From Candidatus Velthaea sp. (GTDB lineage Bacteria; Vulcanimicrobiota; Vulcanimicrobiia; Vulcanimicrobiales; Vulcanimicrobiaceae), in assembly GCA_965214935.1 (NCBI GenBank), contig CBDCCS010000003.1, forward strand, positions 1-64,000: DNA of 64,000 bases, read 5' to 3'. Both the position numbers and the translations under genes were made by a program. The notes below the pieces were generated by a model. It was not told the origin of the DNA and searched no databases. It was given only the letters and a program-made list of their open reading frames with translations. Shown here one piece after another: positions 32,601-41,589 of this stretch; position 1 is the stretch's first letter; each line of letters starts with the position of its first letter.

Positions 32601-32921
32601 CGCGGTCAAATCGCTCGTTTGATTTGAATCCAGGCTGAACGTTGCCGAAATCGACGCTTGATTTTGCTGGATCGACGTCGTGATGTGATCGAGGTTCGGC
32701 GCGCCGGCGATGGCGTCTTCAAGCGGCCGAACGACGGCGTCGCGGAGTTCCGACGGCGATGCGCCCGGATAACTCGCGGAAATGTTGACGGTCGGGAAAT
32801 CGACGTTCGGAAATTGCTGCTGGACCAACGTTGCGAGCGCGAAGAGTCCGGCGATCGTGATGAGCGCGAGGACGACGAAAACCAGCGGCGGCCGGTTGAC
32901 GAAGAGTTGCGTGAGCCGCAT
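29658..32921 (-). CDS. RND efflux permease subunit (MdtB/C-like, first copy)
   Basis: Same RND motifs; clear paralogue of the downstream gene, which it abuts. Confidence 0.95.
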   Translation of the reverse strand: MRLTQLFVNRPPLVFVVLALITIAGLFALATLVQQQFPNVDFPTVNISASYPGASPSELRDAVVRPLEDAIAGAPNLDHITTSIQQNQASISATFSLDSNQTSDLTAVQNRIQTARSTLPVDLPAPSVRTFDPAQATVVTLSLTSASLSLAGLSAIVTNTIVPALEQVDGISNVGAGGTVTPALEVTVDPQKLSSFGFTANDVVSAIQSNNVRAPGGIAYLGNRETTLDVRGDVQTPQSIADLLVSGSTAVLTGATSPSGTLTQKYTGASGSTNQALALGGGATAGAAAAATDPFATAARLPRVGDVARVTDTYEPKRVASYVNGKYAITLNVQKATGASEVSSSQAVLAALPAIEAQYPDIAFNVLNVQADDTKAQLYGVLQTLVEGVVFTGITMVFFLRSWRNALVVMIAIPTSLFVTFFVMRILGYTIDTVSLLAMTLIIGILVDDSIVVLENVERHFEDGEAPRTAAILGRSEIGAAAVVITLVDVVVFLPIAFLPGQTGRFLSEFGIVVTIATLTSLVTSFTVTPSLAGNWSLLSNWRAPKFITGFTTQFSRLRDFYSERILTRALRHPRTVVGFSLLLTAGAIALIPLGYIGFEFIPSVDRGQIFVSIQFPTGTPLATTDAAVRRLTGAYLQLPDVQTITSTSGTSQAGFGGSINLGSNGQLRVFLDPNRKASTDITARKITGIGHKLVPAARVVAIPATGTRGGNAQPIDVTVSTTRGEPDAYAQTVLQTLEDTPGAANVNSSALNLAPQIDIEFNRDRARALDLDIGSAALAVKAAFGGTLATQFDSDNGTKYVQVLYPFADQTGLAALRDIRLRSRTGAIVHLDDVAVLQSDPAEALITRNNRQTVVHISANVAPGAALSVVQQAFRDRVAALHLPSTVIVGTGAGGQQQNLAQTVNGLGVSLVLSFSLVYLLMVALYDAYRAPLVIMFAVPVAAIGAFGALAVTGQSLNLFSLIGVVMLIGLVSKNGILLVDFAQLKVHGGEAKLAAIKAAARERFRPIVMTTISMIAGMLPLALALDPGSAAKRSLGTVVIGGLTSSLVLTLVIVPVIFIWLAPGPPPSTTQPAATSVEPLALESY

Positions 32922-34241
32922 CTAATTTTGCGCGAGCGATTGTCCGTCGCTAAGACCTAATTGTCCGTTGGCAATGACGCTTTGGCCGGCGGAGATCCCG
33001 CTGACGACCGACGTCGTTCCATTCGTGCCCAGTTCGCGGACTTTGACGGTTTTCGCAACGACGTCGACGAGTTCGTCGGAGGCAATCATGACCGAGGTAT
33101 GCGTATCGTCGAGGAACGCCGTCGCCGGGATGCCGACACCCGTCACGGGCGGTAAGGTCGCCGTCGCGGTGACCGGCAGGCCCGATTGCAGCCGGCCGTC
33201 GGCGTTAGCAACGAGCACCTTCACGGTGAAGTCGGTCGTGCCCGGCGTTACTTGTCCGAGCACCGCGACGACGTTGCCGCTATACGCTTTGGCCGTGTTA
33301 CCGGCGACCGCGAGCGTCACGTGCGCACCGACCGGAATCGCGAACGTGTCGGCGCTCGAAGCGTTGAGCACGGCATAGACGTGATCGAGCTGCTGAATGG
33401 TGAAGATCGTGCGCGCGCCGGGATACTCACCCGGATTGAGATTGCGATTGACGACCACACCGTCGATCGGCGAAACGATCGTGGCCTTCGCGATCTGCGC
33501 ACGATACTGCGCGACTTGCGCTTGCGCTTCACCGATCGTTGCCCGCGCGGCGTTGGCATCGGCTTGCGCCGAACTGACGTTTGCGGCTTGCAAGCCGCTG
33601 CCCGAGGTACCTGTCACCGTTTGATTGGTGATCGCCGATTGCAGGTTTGCTTGCGCCGTTCGTACCGCCGAGGCATCGTTGTTCACCGTGGTCTGCTGCT
33701 GATCGACGGTCTGCTGCGCGATGTAGCCGCTGGCAACCAGAGCCCGATCGCGTTGCAGATTGAGCGTATCGTTGCGCAACGTCTGCTGCGCGGCAGCTAA
33801 AGCCGCTCGAGTCGACTGCGTCTGATCGCCGCTTTGCCCGATCGTGAGCTGCTGCGTATAGCGCGCCTGCGATACTTTCGCTTGCGATGAAGCAGCGCTG
33901 CGCACGTCGGTTTGCACCGTGGCGATCGCTTGAGCGAGCTGCGCGCGCAGATCGGCCGTGTCGAGCACGGCGAGCACCTGACCCGCATGCACCCGGTCCC
34001 CCTCGTTGACGTTCACGCCGGCGACCGGTTCGGTCAGCGAACTCGACAGCGCGACGTTTTGTAGCGGCGCAATGACGCCCGAAATCGAAGCCGTCGCGTG
34101 CACGGTCGTCCGTTTGGCGACGGCGGTAGGAACCGGATTCGGTGACGGCGCCGGGCGCGTGCGTCGCGCGGCAGCGCCGTGATTGCAGCCGCTGACGACG
34201 GCAACCATGACGATGAGCGCGAAACTACGCGAGCCGTTCAT
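32922..34241 (-). CDS. RND periplasmic adaptor (membrane fusion) lipoprotein
   Basis: Lipobox VVSGC, lipoyl half-motifs V.EGDRV..GQ.LA.LD and I.SPIDGVV, long Ala/Gln coiled coil. Confidence 0.92.
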   Translation of the reverse strand: MNGSRSFALIVMVAVVSGCNHGAAARRTRPAPSPNPVPTAVAKRTTVHATASISGVIAPLQNVALSSSLTEPVAGVNVNEGDRVHAGQVLAVLDTADLRAQLAQAIATVQTDVRSAASSQAKVSQARYTQQLTIGQSGDQTQSTRAALAAAQQTLRNDTLNLQRDRALVASGYIAQQTVDQQQTTVNNDASAVRTAQANLQSAITNQTVTGTSGSGLQAANVSSAQADANAARATIGEAQAQVAQYRAQIAKATIVSPIDGVVVNRNLNPGEYPGARTIFTIQQLDHVYAVLNASSADTFAIPVGAHVTLAVAGNTAKAYSGNVVAVLGQVTPGTTDFTVKVLVANADGRLQSGLPVTATATLPPVTGVGIPATAFLDDTHTSVMIASDELVDVVAKTVKVRELGTNGTTSVVSGISAGQSVIANGQLGLSDGQSLAQN

Positions 34242-34251
34242 GATAGCGCCG

Positions 34252-34650
34252 TTACTGCGCGCGCGTGCCCGATGTTTGGCGCATTGCATCGAGCTTGGTG
34301 TGAAATTGGGTCCGTTGCGCGGGAGTCAGAACGGAATCGATTTTGGCATACGCCGCTTTCATGTTCGCGCGCCGTGCATCACGATCGGTCACGGTCTGAT
34401 TTTGCTTGCGCGCATCGCCGATGATCTCGCGAATCTGTGACTTTTGCTGATCGCTCAAATCGAGTGCCATCAGCAGTTGGCCCATGCGCCGGCCGTGCGG
34501 TGCTGCCGGCGGCGGTCCGCCGGCCTGATCTTGAGCGAAGGCTGCCGGAACGCTCTTGGTCGCGATAGCGACGACGGTTCCGCTGCCGCTGAAAATTAGC
34601 GCTGCGGCAAGTGCGGCAACGAACGGCCGGCGGTGGAAACGGATGCTCAT
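34252..34650 (-). CDS. Spy/CpxP-like periplasmic protein (LTxxQ motif)
   Basis: Signal peptide; LDLSDQQK and VLTPAQR motifs; AGGAG upstream. First gene of the RND operon. Confidence 0.8.
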   Translation of the reverse strand: MSIRFHRRPFVAALAAALIFSGSGTVVAIATKSVPAAFAQDQAGGPPPAAPHGRRMGQLLMALDLSDQQKSQIREIIGDARKQNQTVTDRDARRANMKAAYAKIDSVLTPAQRTQFHTKLDAMRQTSGTRAQ

Positions 34651-34932
34651 TTCGTTTGATTGCTCCTGATATCAAAGGCGCTTACGGCGCCGAAATAGCG
34701 GCTCGTCAACAGTATCGAATCAAAACCTGAGATAGCGCAAAGTCCGCCGTCCACCCGTCGCGATTTAAGCCGTTTTTCACAAATGACGCGCATCAATCAA
34801 CGCGTCGCTGCCGATTCGCCGGTCGGGCTTGCTCGGCGGGGCAGGTGTCGAAAGACGAATTTACCAAGGTAGATGCAGCCCTGATTTGCCCTTGTGCTTG
34901 AAAGAAAGTTCGATGTTCCGTCGGGTGAGTGC

Positions 34933-36456
34933 ATGACCGCCGCCGGCGCAGTCGATCGCACGTTACTGGAAATGCGTGGTATCGGCAAGGCATTTCCCGG
35001 CGTGCGCGCTTTGCGCGATGTCGATTTCACGCTCGTACCGGGCGAAGTGCATGCCCTCGTCGGCGAGAATGGAGCCGGTAAGTCGACGCTCATGAAGATT
35101 CTCGCCGGTGCGTACATCGCGGACGAAGGCGAGATTCGGCTGGACGGCCGGCCGGTGCACTTTGCCGGACCGCAGTCGGCACTTGCCGCCGGAATCGTGA
35201 CGATCTACCAGGAGCTCAACCTCGTCCCGGAACTGTCGGTCGCCGAAAACATTTTCCTCGGCGACGAACCGCAGCTCGGGTCGTCGCCCGTCATCGATTG
35301 GCGCAGCGTGCACCGGCGTTCGGCCGAACTGCTTTCGCGTGTCGGAATTAGCCTCGACACGCACGCCCGGGTGAACACCCTAGGTGTCGGCAAGCAGCAA
35401 CTCGTCGAAGTCGCCAAAGCGTTGCATCGGACGCCGCGCGCGATCGTCATGGACGAGCCGACCGCGTCGTTAGGACTGGCCGAAATCGATGAACTATTTC
35501 GCGTGATTCGCGAACTGCGCGCGCGCGGCGTCTCGATCGTCTACATCAGCCATCGCCTCGATGAAATTTTTACTCTCTGCAATCGCGTCACCGTCATGCG
35601 CGACGGAACCGTCGTCGACACGCGTCCCGTCGCTGCCAGCGACGTGTCGACGCTCGTTGCACTCATGGTCGGCCGGACGCTCGAACGCGCCTTACGTACG
35701 CCGAATCCGGCGGCTGATACCGCCGAAATGCTGGGCGTACGCGGCTTAACGCGGCGCGGTGTTTTCGAGGATGTTTCCTTCAGCGTTCGGCGCGGTGAGA
35801 TCTACGGCTTGGGCGGCGTCGTCGGGTCGGGCCGGACCGAGGTGGCACGCGCGATCTTCGGTGCCGATCGTATCGACGCCGGCCAGCTGACGATCGAAGG
35901 CCGCCCGGTGCGCATCACCTCGCCGCGCGAGGCGGTCCGAGCCGGTATTGCGATGTTGACCGAAGATCGTAAAGCCGAGGGTTTAGTTTTAGGGTTGCCG
36001 GTGCGGGCGAATGTGTCGCTGGCGATCCTCGACCGCATCGCGCGATTCTTCGGCTTCATTCCGCCCGAACGCGAGCGTTCGCTCGCGCAAGATCTCATCG
36101 CAAGTTTGCGGATTCGGACTCCCGGGCCGGAGCAGTTGGCAATAAACTTGTCGGGTGGTAACCAGCAGAAGGTCGTGCTGGCAAAATGGCTGGCCGTTAA
36201 ACCGAAATTGTTGATTTTCGATGAACCGACGCGCGGCGTCGACGTCGGAGCGAAAGCCGAGATCTATGCGCTCATTCGTGCGCTCGTCGCAGAGGGAATG
36301 GCGGTCATTATCATCAGCTCGGAATTGCCCGAATTGCTCAGCTTGTCGGATCGCATCGGCGTTCTCAAACGCGGGCGCATCGTCGTCGAACTCGACGCCG
36401 CAACGACCGACGAGGCAACCGTACTGGCGTATGCCGCCGCCGGAAAAATCGCATGA
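34933..36456 (+). CDS. Sugar ABC transporter ATP-binding protein (RbsA-like)
   Basis: GENGAGKST, two ABC domains, LSGGNQQKV and DEPTRGVDVGAK. Confidence 0.95.
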   Translation: MTAAGAVDRTLLEMRGIGKAFPGVRALRDVDFTLVPGEVHALVGENGAGKSTLMKILAGAYIADEGEIRLDGRPVHFAGPQSALAAGIVTIYQELNLVPELSVAENIFLGDEPQLGSSPVIDWRSVHRRSAELLSRVGISLDTHARVNTLGVGKQQLVEVAKALHRTPRAIVMDEPTASLGLAEIDELFRVIRELRARGVSIVYISHRLDEIFTLCNRVTVMRDGTVVDTRPVAASDVSTLVALMVGRTLERALRTPNPAADTAEMLGVRGLTRRGVFEDVSFSVRRGEIYGLGGVVGSGRTEVARAIFGADRIDAGQLTIEGRPVRITSPREAVRAGIAMLTEDRKAEGLVLGLPVRANVSLAILDRIARFFGFIPPERERSLAQDLIASLRIRTPGPEQLAINLSGGNQQKVVLAKWLAVKPKLLIFDEPTRGVDVGAKAEIYALIRALVAEGMAVIIISSELPELLSLSDRIGVLKRGRIVVELDAATTDEATVLAYAAAGKIA

Positions 36457-37433
36457 ATGCCGTTACGCAGCCGCGACCGCGAACGGCGGCGGTGCTCAAT
36501 CGGCTCGGTTCGTTGCTCGGGCTGGTGTTACTGTGCGCCGTTCTTGCGGCGTTCAACGAGCAATTCCGGTCGTTCAATAATTACTTATTGCTGTTGCAGC
36601 AGGCCGCGCCGATCGCCATTATTGCCGTCGGTCAGACATTCGTTATCCTCACCGGCGGCATCGATCTATCGGTCGGCTCGCTGGCCGCACTTACCACCGT
36701 GTGCACGGCGCTGCTGATCTCCGGCGGAACGGCCCATGCGCATCCCGTTGCACCCTGGGTTGCCATACCGCTCGGGGTCGCGCTGGCAACCGCAGTCGGT
36801 TTGATCCAAGGCTTGCTCGTGACCAAACTCAAGATGCCGCCGTTCATCATTACGCTCGGATCGTTTAACGCGCTCGCGGGTTTAGCGCTGGTGCTCAGTA
36901 ACGGTTCGGCCATCAGCGTCGACGGAAAAGGCTGGGACTGGATTTACGGCGGTGATATCGGACCGGTCATTCCGATCGGCATTACGCTGCTCATCTACGG
37001 CCTCGCATCGTTCGTACTCGGCTACACGCGCGTGGGCCGCTATACTTACGCAATCGGCGGTAACGAAGCCGCCGTGCGGCTTTCGGGCGTCCCGGTCGAC
37101 CGGTATAAAATTGCGGTCTACGCCATCAGCGGTCTGTTGACCGGGCTTGCCGCGATGATGATCATGGCGCAGAACCTCGGCGGCAGTCAGAGCAACGGGC
37201 AGTCCGCCGAACTCAATTCGATTGCCGCCGTCGTCATCGGCGGTACGAGCTTGGCCGGCGGCATCGGCTCCGTATGGGGCACGTTGATCGGCGCAATCGT
37301 GCTCGTCGGTGTCGTGCCGAACGCTCTGGTCATGCTCAGTGTATCGCCGCAATGGAATCAAGTCGTCACCGGCGGCACCGTCGTGCTCGCGGTGCTCATC
37401 GATGTTTTGCGTAAACGCGCGCGGCGCGTCTAG
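36453..37433 (+). CDS. Sugar ABC transporter permease (RbsC-like)
   Basis: GGIDLSVGS, GGNEAAVRLSG and IAAVVIGGTSL.GG.G motifs. Confidence 0.95.
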   Translation: MNAVTQPRPRTAAVLNRLGSLLGLVLLCAVLAAFNEQFRSFNNYLLLLQQAAPIAIIAVGQTFVILTGGIDLSVGSLAALTTVCTALLISGGTAHAHPVAPWVAIPLGVALATAVGLIQGLLVTKLKMPPFIITLGSFNALAGLALVLSNGSAISVDGKGWDWIYGGDIGPVIPIGITLLIYGLASFVLGYTRVGRYTYAIGGNEAAVRLSGVPVDRYKIAVYAISGLLTGLAAMMIMAQNLGGSQSNGQSAELNSIAAVVIGGTSLAGGIGSVWGTLIGAIVLVGVVPNALVMLSVSPQWNQVVTGGTVVLAVLIDVLRKRARRV

Positions 37434-37471
37434 ACGTTCGTTCTTTTCTCACATCACACTGGAGGACCAAG

Positions 37472-38473
37472 ATGCTACCGAAGTATCGCACTGCCTTGAC
37501 GATGAGCGCCGGAATCGCCGCGCTCGCGCTCGGCGCAACTGCCGTGACGGCGGCGAAAAGCTATACCGTTGCCGTCATCCCGCCTGGATATACCAGTCCG
37601 TTTCACGTCGCCGTTAAAGATGGTGCAGTCGAAGCGGCGAAAAAACTGAGTTGGCAGATCGACACTGCGTCGGCGGCGGCCGAAAGCGACTTCAATCAGC
37701 AAGCCAACATCATCGATGATGAAATTTCCAAGAACGTCGCCATTCTTTCGGTCAGTCCGATCGATCCCAACGCCGATATCGGTGCGATCAAGCGGGCGAA
37801 TCAAAAGAAGATTCCGATCATCGTGCACAACGGAATCACGCCGCTGGGCGGCGGCGTAAAAGTCGTCGAGTACATCGGTTACAACCAATGGAAAGGGGCG
37901 AAAGCGGTCGGAGCGGCGGCTTGCAAATTGCTGGGCGGTAAGGGTGAAGTGTTCATCCTCGACGGGATCGTCGAGTTTCACACGCATCGGCGCGCCGGCG
38001 GCTTCAAAGACGGCTTGAGTTCGTGCATGGGTGCGGGCGGGGTCAAGATCGACGGCGAGCAATCAGCGAGCTGGCTGCGAACGGCCGGCCAGCAAGTCGC
38101 AACCGCGGCGCTTACCAAATATCCGAACATCAAACTGTTTTTCGGCTGCAGCGACGAGATGGCCATCGGCGCCTCGATTGCCGCTCACCGCTTGCACAAA
38201 GACGTTTTTACCTTGGGCATCGACGGCAATGCCGCGACGCTCGACCAGATCAAAGCCGGCCAAGTCACCGGGACCCTCGGTGTCTATCCGACGCAGATGG
38301 GCGCAACGGTGATCGACCAGATGGCAAAAGTACTGAACGGCAAAACGGTTCCGCCGATCCTCGAAACGCCTGGGACGGTCGTAACGAAGGATAATCTCGA
38401 AGCGTACCTCGCCGGCAAGACATTCAGCTCGCCCAAGGCCGGACAGCCCGAAGAGGATTCCGGGCACCAGTAA
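37472..38473 (+). CDS. Sugar ABC transporter substrate-binding protein (RbsB-like)
   Basis: GGAGG RBS, signal peptide, DEMAIGA and GIDG motifs. Confidence 0.92.
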   Translation: MLPKYRTALTMSAGIAALALGATAVTAAKSYTVAVIPPGYTSPFHVAVKDGAVEAAKKLSWQIDTASAAAESDFNQQANIIDDEISKNVAILSVSPIDPNADIGAIKRANQKKIPIIVHNGITPLGGGVKVVEYIGYNQWKGAKAVGAAACKLLGGKGEVFILDGIVEFHTHRRAGGFKDGLSSCMGAGGVKIDGEQSASWLRTAGQQVATAALTKYPNIKLFFGCSDEMAIGASIAAHRLHKDVFTLGIDGNAATLDQIKAGQVTGTLGVYPTQMGATVIDQMAKVLNGKTVPPILETPGTVVTKDNLEAYLAGKTFSSPKAGQPEEDSGHQ

Positions 38474-38505
38474 GCAGCGTTCGCTCAAAAGCGGAACGGA
38501 GAAAC

Positions 38506-38543
38506 ATCGCGTTGCATCGAACACACGTTCGATGCAACGCGAT
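38506..38543. promoter_or_regulatory. Perfect 17-bp inverted repeat containing a LexA/SOS-box consensus TCGAAC-ACAC-GTTCGA (38517-38532)
   Basis: ATCGCGTTGCATCGAAC-acac-GTTCGATGCAACGCGAT. The core matches the Gram-positive/actinobacterial GAAC-N4-GTTC LexA box. Confidence 0.7.
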
Positions 38544-38699
38544 AAAGATTTTTCAGCTTTAAAGCTCGCTATTCACGCATTGCCGGAAAGCGATCGGGCC
38601 AAGATTCGCACGTACGTCCTGACGGTGTTCGACGTGCGCGGGCGCGACACGCGGGTCAATCTCACGGCCGACGAACGCGACCGCCCGCGCATGTCGTAG
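38532..38699 (+). CDS. Small hypothetical protein (55 aa), absent from the ORF track
   Basis: MQRDKDFSALKLAIHALPESDRAKIRTYVLTVFDVRGRDTRVNLTADERDRPRMS; amphipathic helical pattern; fills an otherwise empty intergenic gap. Confidence 0.6.
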   Translation: MQRDKDFSALKLAIHALPESDRAKIRTYVLTVFDVRGRDTRVNLTADERDRPRMS

Positions 38700-38787
38700 C
38701 GCTGCGCCGGCCGAGCACCGCCTCGGCTTTACGCCAAATTAACAAACCCGAGCATTCTAAGCAAGCCCACGGTCCGAGTATTGATAT

Positions 38788-39639
38788 ATGGATATCGCGT
38801 CGATCATTGGGCTTGTCTTAGGATTCGGTTCGATCATCGTCGCGGCCGAAGTCAGCCATGCGAACATGGCGCTCTTGTACGAGAAATACGAGGCACTGTT
38901 GCTCGTATTTGGGGGTACGCTCGGCGCGGCGTTCCTCTCGTTCCCCCTTGAAACATGCCTTGGGTCGATGCGTCAAGGCTTCCGCATCGTGCTTTTTCGT
39001 CACACCTCGCGGATGGAAGAAAGTATCGACAAGTTCGCGCGCTTCGCCGACGTCGCTCGGCGCGGCGGCCTGCTTGCCCTCGAGGGTCAACTTCGTACGA
39101 TCGACGACCCATCCGTACGGCGCGCGATCGAAATGATCATCGACGGTCAAGATGCAGAGGTCGTCCGGACGGTACTCGAGACCGAAACCGACGTCGCCGT
39201 CGCGCAGCTGCGCGATACGCAAGCCTTCTTCGAGGCACTCGGCGGTTTTTCTCCGACCCTGGGAATCATCGGCACGGTGCTCGGGCTCATCGCTATGCTG
39301 GGCAAACTCGGAGCGCTTTCCGAGTCCGGAAATATCGCCGGTTCGATCGGCGGCGAAACAGCAGCGGCCTTTATTGCAACTTTCCTCGGCGTGTTCTTCG
39401 CCAATCTTCTTTGGTTGCCGATCGGCGCAAAAGTCAGAGCGCGCGTTGCGCGAATCGAACTCGAACGCGAACTGATGACCGAAGCCGTGCTGATGCTTCA
39501 TGCCGGAAACAGTCCCAAAGTGATCCGGCAAAAACTGCATGCCTATCTGGCCGTCCCGGACCGCGTCCCGGCTCGTGAATCGGCCCCGCCGGTTGCGGCA
39601 CCGAACGTGCTTGCCGGCGCTGCGGCGCAACCCGGTTAA
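38788..39639 (+). CDS. motA: Flagellar motor stator protein MotA
   Basis: VFGGTLGA, ARRGGLLALE, SPTLGIIGTVLGLI and ATFLGVFFANL motifs. Confidence 0.93.
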   Translation: MDIASIIGLVLGFGSIIVAAEVSHANMALLYEKYEALLLVFGGTLGAAFLSFPLETCLGSMRQGFRIVLFRHTSRMEESIDKFARFADVARRGGLLALEGQLRTIDDPSVRRAIEMIIDGQDAEVVRTVLETETDVAVAQLRDTQAFFEALGGFSPTLGIIGTVLGLIAMLGKLGALSESGNIAGSIGGETAAAFIATFLGVFFANLLWLPIGAKVRARVARIELERELMTEAVLMLHAGNSPKVIRQKLHAYLAVPDRVPARESAPPVAAPNVLAGAAAQPG

Positions 39640-39641
39640 CG

Positions 39642-40343
39642 ATGCGGCGTCGCGTCCGATCGCACGCAATCGCGCACGCCAACAACGAGCGTTGGCTATT
39701 GACGTACGCCGATATGATCACGTTATTACTCGCGCTGTTCATTATTCTGTTCTCTATCTCGTCGATCAGTAAGAGTAAGTTCAAAGCGCTCGCTCATGAG
39801 ATGTCGGGCAGCTTCGATGCGGCGCAAGGTCAGCTTCGATCGATGCCGGGGCCAAGCGCCGGGCAAGATGCCGAAAGCCTCAAGACGCTTACGGTGTCCT
39901 TGCAAAACTACGTTCGCGAACGCCGGCTCACGGCAAAAGTCAACGTCCACCTCGAGCAGCGCGGGGTGGTCGTCAGCTTGCGTTCCGACGCCGCCTTATT
40001 TGAAAGCGGCAGCGCGATCCTCAAGCCGCAAGCGGGCGACGTGATCCATGCCGTTGCGGCTTTTTTGCTGACGCCCGGTCAGCGCGATCGAGCGCTCAAG
40101 ATCGAGGGCAATACCGATAACGTCCCGATTGCAACCCCGGCATATCCGACAAATTGGGAACTATCGACGTCTCGCGCCGTTGCCGTAACGCGTCACTTGA
40201 GCGAGCACGACGGCATAGCCGCAAGCCGCCTTTCAGCGATCGGATTAGCCGAATGGCACCCGCTCGCCGTCAACGATTCGCAAGCGAATCGCGTGCTCAA
40301 CCGGCGCGTCGATATCGTCGTTTTGCGCCTTAAAGAACAGTAA
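39642..40343 (+). CDS. motB: Flagellar motor stator protein MotB
   Basis: ERWLLTYADMITLLLALFI, EGNTD, NWELSTSRA and NRRVDI motifs. Confidence 0.93.
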   Translation: MRRRVRSHAIAHANNERWLLTYADMITLLLALFIILFSISSISKSKFKALAHEMSGSFDAAQGQLRSMPGPSAGQDAESLKTLTVSLQNYVRERRLTAKVNVHLEQRGVVVSLRSDAALFESGSAILKPQAGDVIHAVAAFLLTPGQRDRALKIEGNTDNVPIATPAYPTNWELSTSRAVAVTRHLSEHDGIAASRLSAIGLAEWHPLAVNDSQANRVLNRRVDIVVLRLKEQ

Positions 40344-40527
40344 ACACGAACGGATCACGCTGCCGGTAAAGGCTGTGTACGCTTTGGGACCGCCGAGTCG
40401 AACGAACGGAGCAGGCGGCTCAGGTTGCGTGTGCCGCGCACCGAATCAATAGGGTAGCTTCAAGCAACATAGCATGCAGTATGCGGCCGGACGACGGTTC
40501 GCAGCGTAAGGAGACGCAGAAAACGTA

Positions 40528-40893
40528 ATGGCCGGTAAAAAAGTTCTTATCGTCGATGACGCCGTCGTCATGCGGATGATGATCAAGAACATCTTGAGTA
40601 AAAGCGGTTACGACATCGTGGGTGAAGCCGAAAACGGTCTGCAAGCGGTCGAAAAATACAAAGCGTTGCAGCCCGATATCGTGACGATGGACATGGTAAT
40701 GCCCGACATGGACGGCATCGCTGCAGTCCGGGCAATCGTCGCTGAATATCCGGGCGCAAAGATTATCATGTGCACCTCGATGGGGCAGCAAGCCTTAGTC
40801 GTCGAGGCAATACAGGCCGGCGCGAAATCGTTTATCACAAAGCCTTTTCAGCCGCCTAAAATCGTCGAAGCAATTGAAAAGGTGCTTGCCTGA
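40528..40893 (+). CDS. cheY: Chemotaxis response regulator CheY (single receiver domain)
   Basis: VDDA, TMDMVMP.MDG, SMGQQ and FITKPF; TAAGGAG RBS; coupled to cheC. Confidence 0.88.
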   Translation: MAGKKVLIVDDAVVMRMMIKNILSKSGYDIVGEAENGLQAVEKYKALQPDIVTMDMVMPDMDGIAAVRAIVAEYPGAKIIMCTSMGQQALVVEAIQAGAKSFITKPFQPPKIVEAIEKVLA

Positions 40894-41495
40894 TGGCCGC
40901 ACTCGAACTCAGCGATATGCAAATGGAGGCGATGAAGGAAGTCGGCAATATCGGCGCCGGACATGCGGCGACCGCTCTTTCCGAAATGCTGAACGAACCG
41001 GTGCAAATCGGTACGCCGTCCGTTGAGATTTTGCCGTTTTCGGGTTTGGCGGATCGAGTCAGCCGGCATGGCCGCATCATCAGCGCCGTGCATATGCACG
41101 TGTTCGGCGAAGCACCGTGTCAGATCGTCGTGCTTTTCGATGAAGCGCAAGCGCGTGGTTTTACAAGCATCTTTACCGGCAGCGAGCCCGGCGGCGGCGA
41201 CGATTTCGATGTGCTGGTAGAATCGACGGTTAAAGAAGTCGGCAACATTATCGGTGGTGCGTATTTAACCGCACTGACGTCGCTAACGGGAATAACGTTG
41301 ATTGCATCCGTTCCGTCGTTATCGGTCGGAACGGCGCAGAGCACGTTTCTCGAGCTTATCGACGTTCCCGCCGACCAAGAGGTTTTTTACGTTCAGACGG
41401 GCTTCGAGAAGCAAGAGCCGGTGATCTCAGGCGAGTTCATACTCATACCGGGACCGGATTCGATTGCACCGCTGCTCTCCGTGTTCGGACTTTAA
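40893..41495 (+). CDS. cheC: CheY-P phosphatase CheC
   Basis: Two ExxN phosphatase motifs (KEVGNIGAGHAATALS and KEVGNIIGGAYL). Confidence 0.9.
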   Translation: MAALELSDMQMEAMKEVGNIGAGHAATALSEMLNEPVQIGTPSVEILPFSGLADRVSRHGRIISAVHMHVFGEAPCQIVVLFDEAQARGFTSIFTGSEPGGGDDFDVLVESTVKEVGNIIGGAYLTALTSLTGITLIASVPSLSVGTAQSTFLELIDVPADQEVFYVQTGFEKQEPVISGEFILIPGPDSIAPLLSVFGL

Positions 41496-41540
41496 GCCAC
41501 TGCAACCGCCGGGCGATCGAACGTCACTTTCCGATTTCTG

Positions 41541-41569
41541 AAGCGGTTGGCTCTGCCGGCCGCTTTTTT
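41541..41569 (+). terminator. Probable intrinsic terminator after cheC
   Basis: AAGCGGTTGGC-tct-GCCGGCCGCTT stem (two G-U pairs) running into a T tract, between convergent genes. Confidence 0.6.
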
Positions 41570-41589
41570 AATGCGTCCGCGCGGGAATG

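Noticed and set aside
38750..38787. Sigma-28 promoter upstream of motA (TAAG...CCGA)
   Set aside because: Spacing does not fit TAAA-N15-GCCGATAA.
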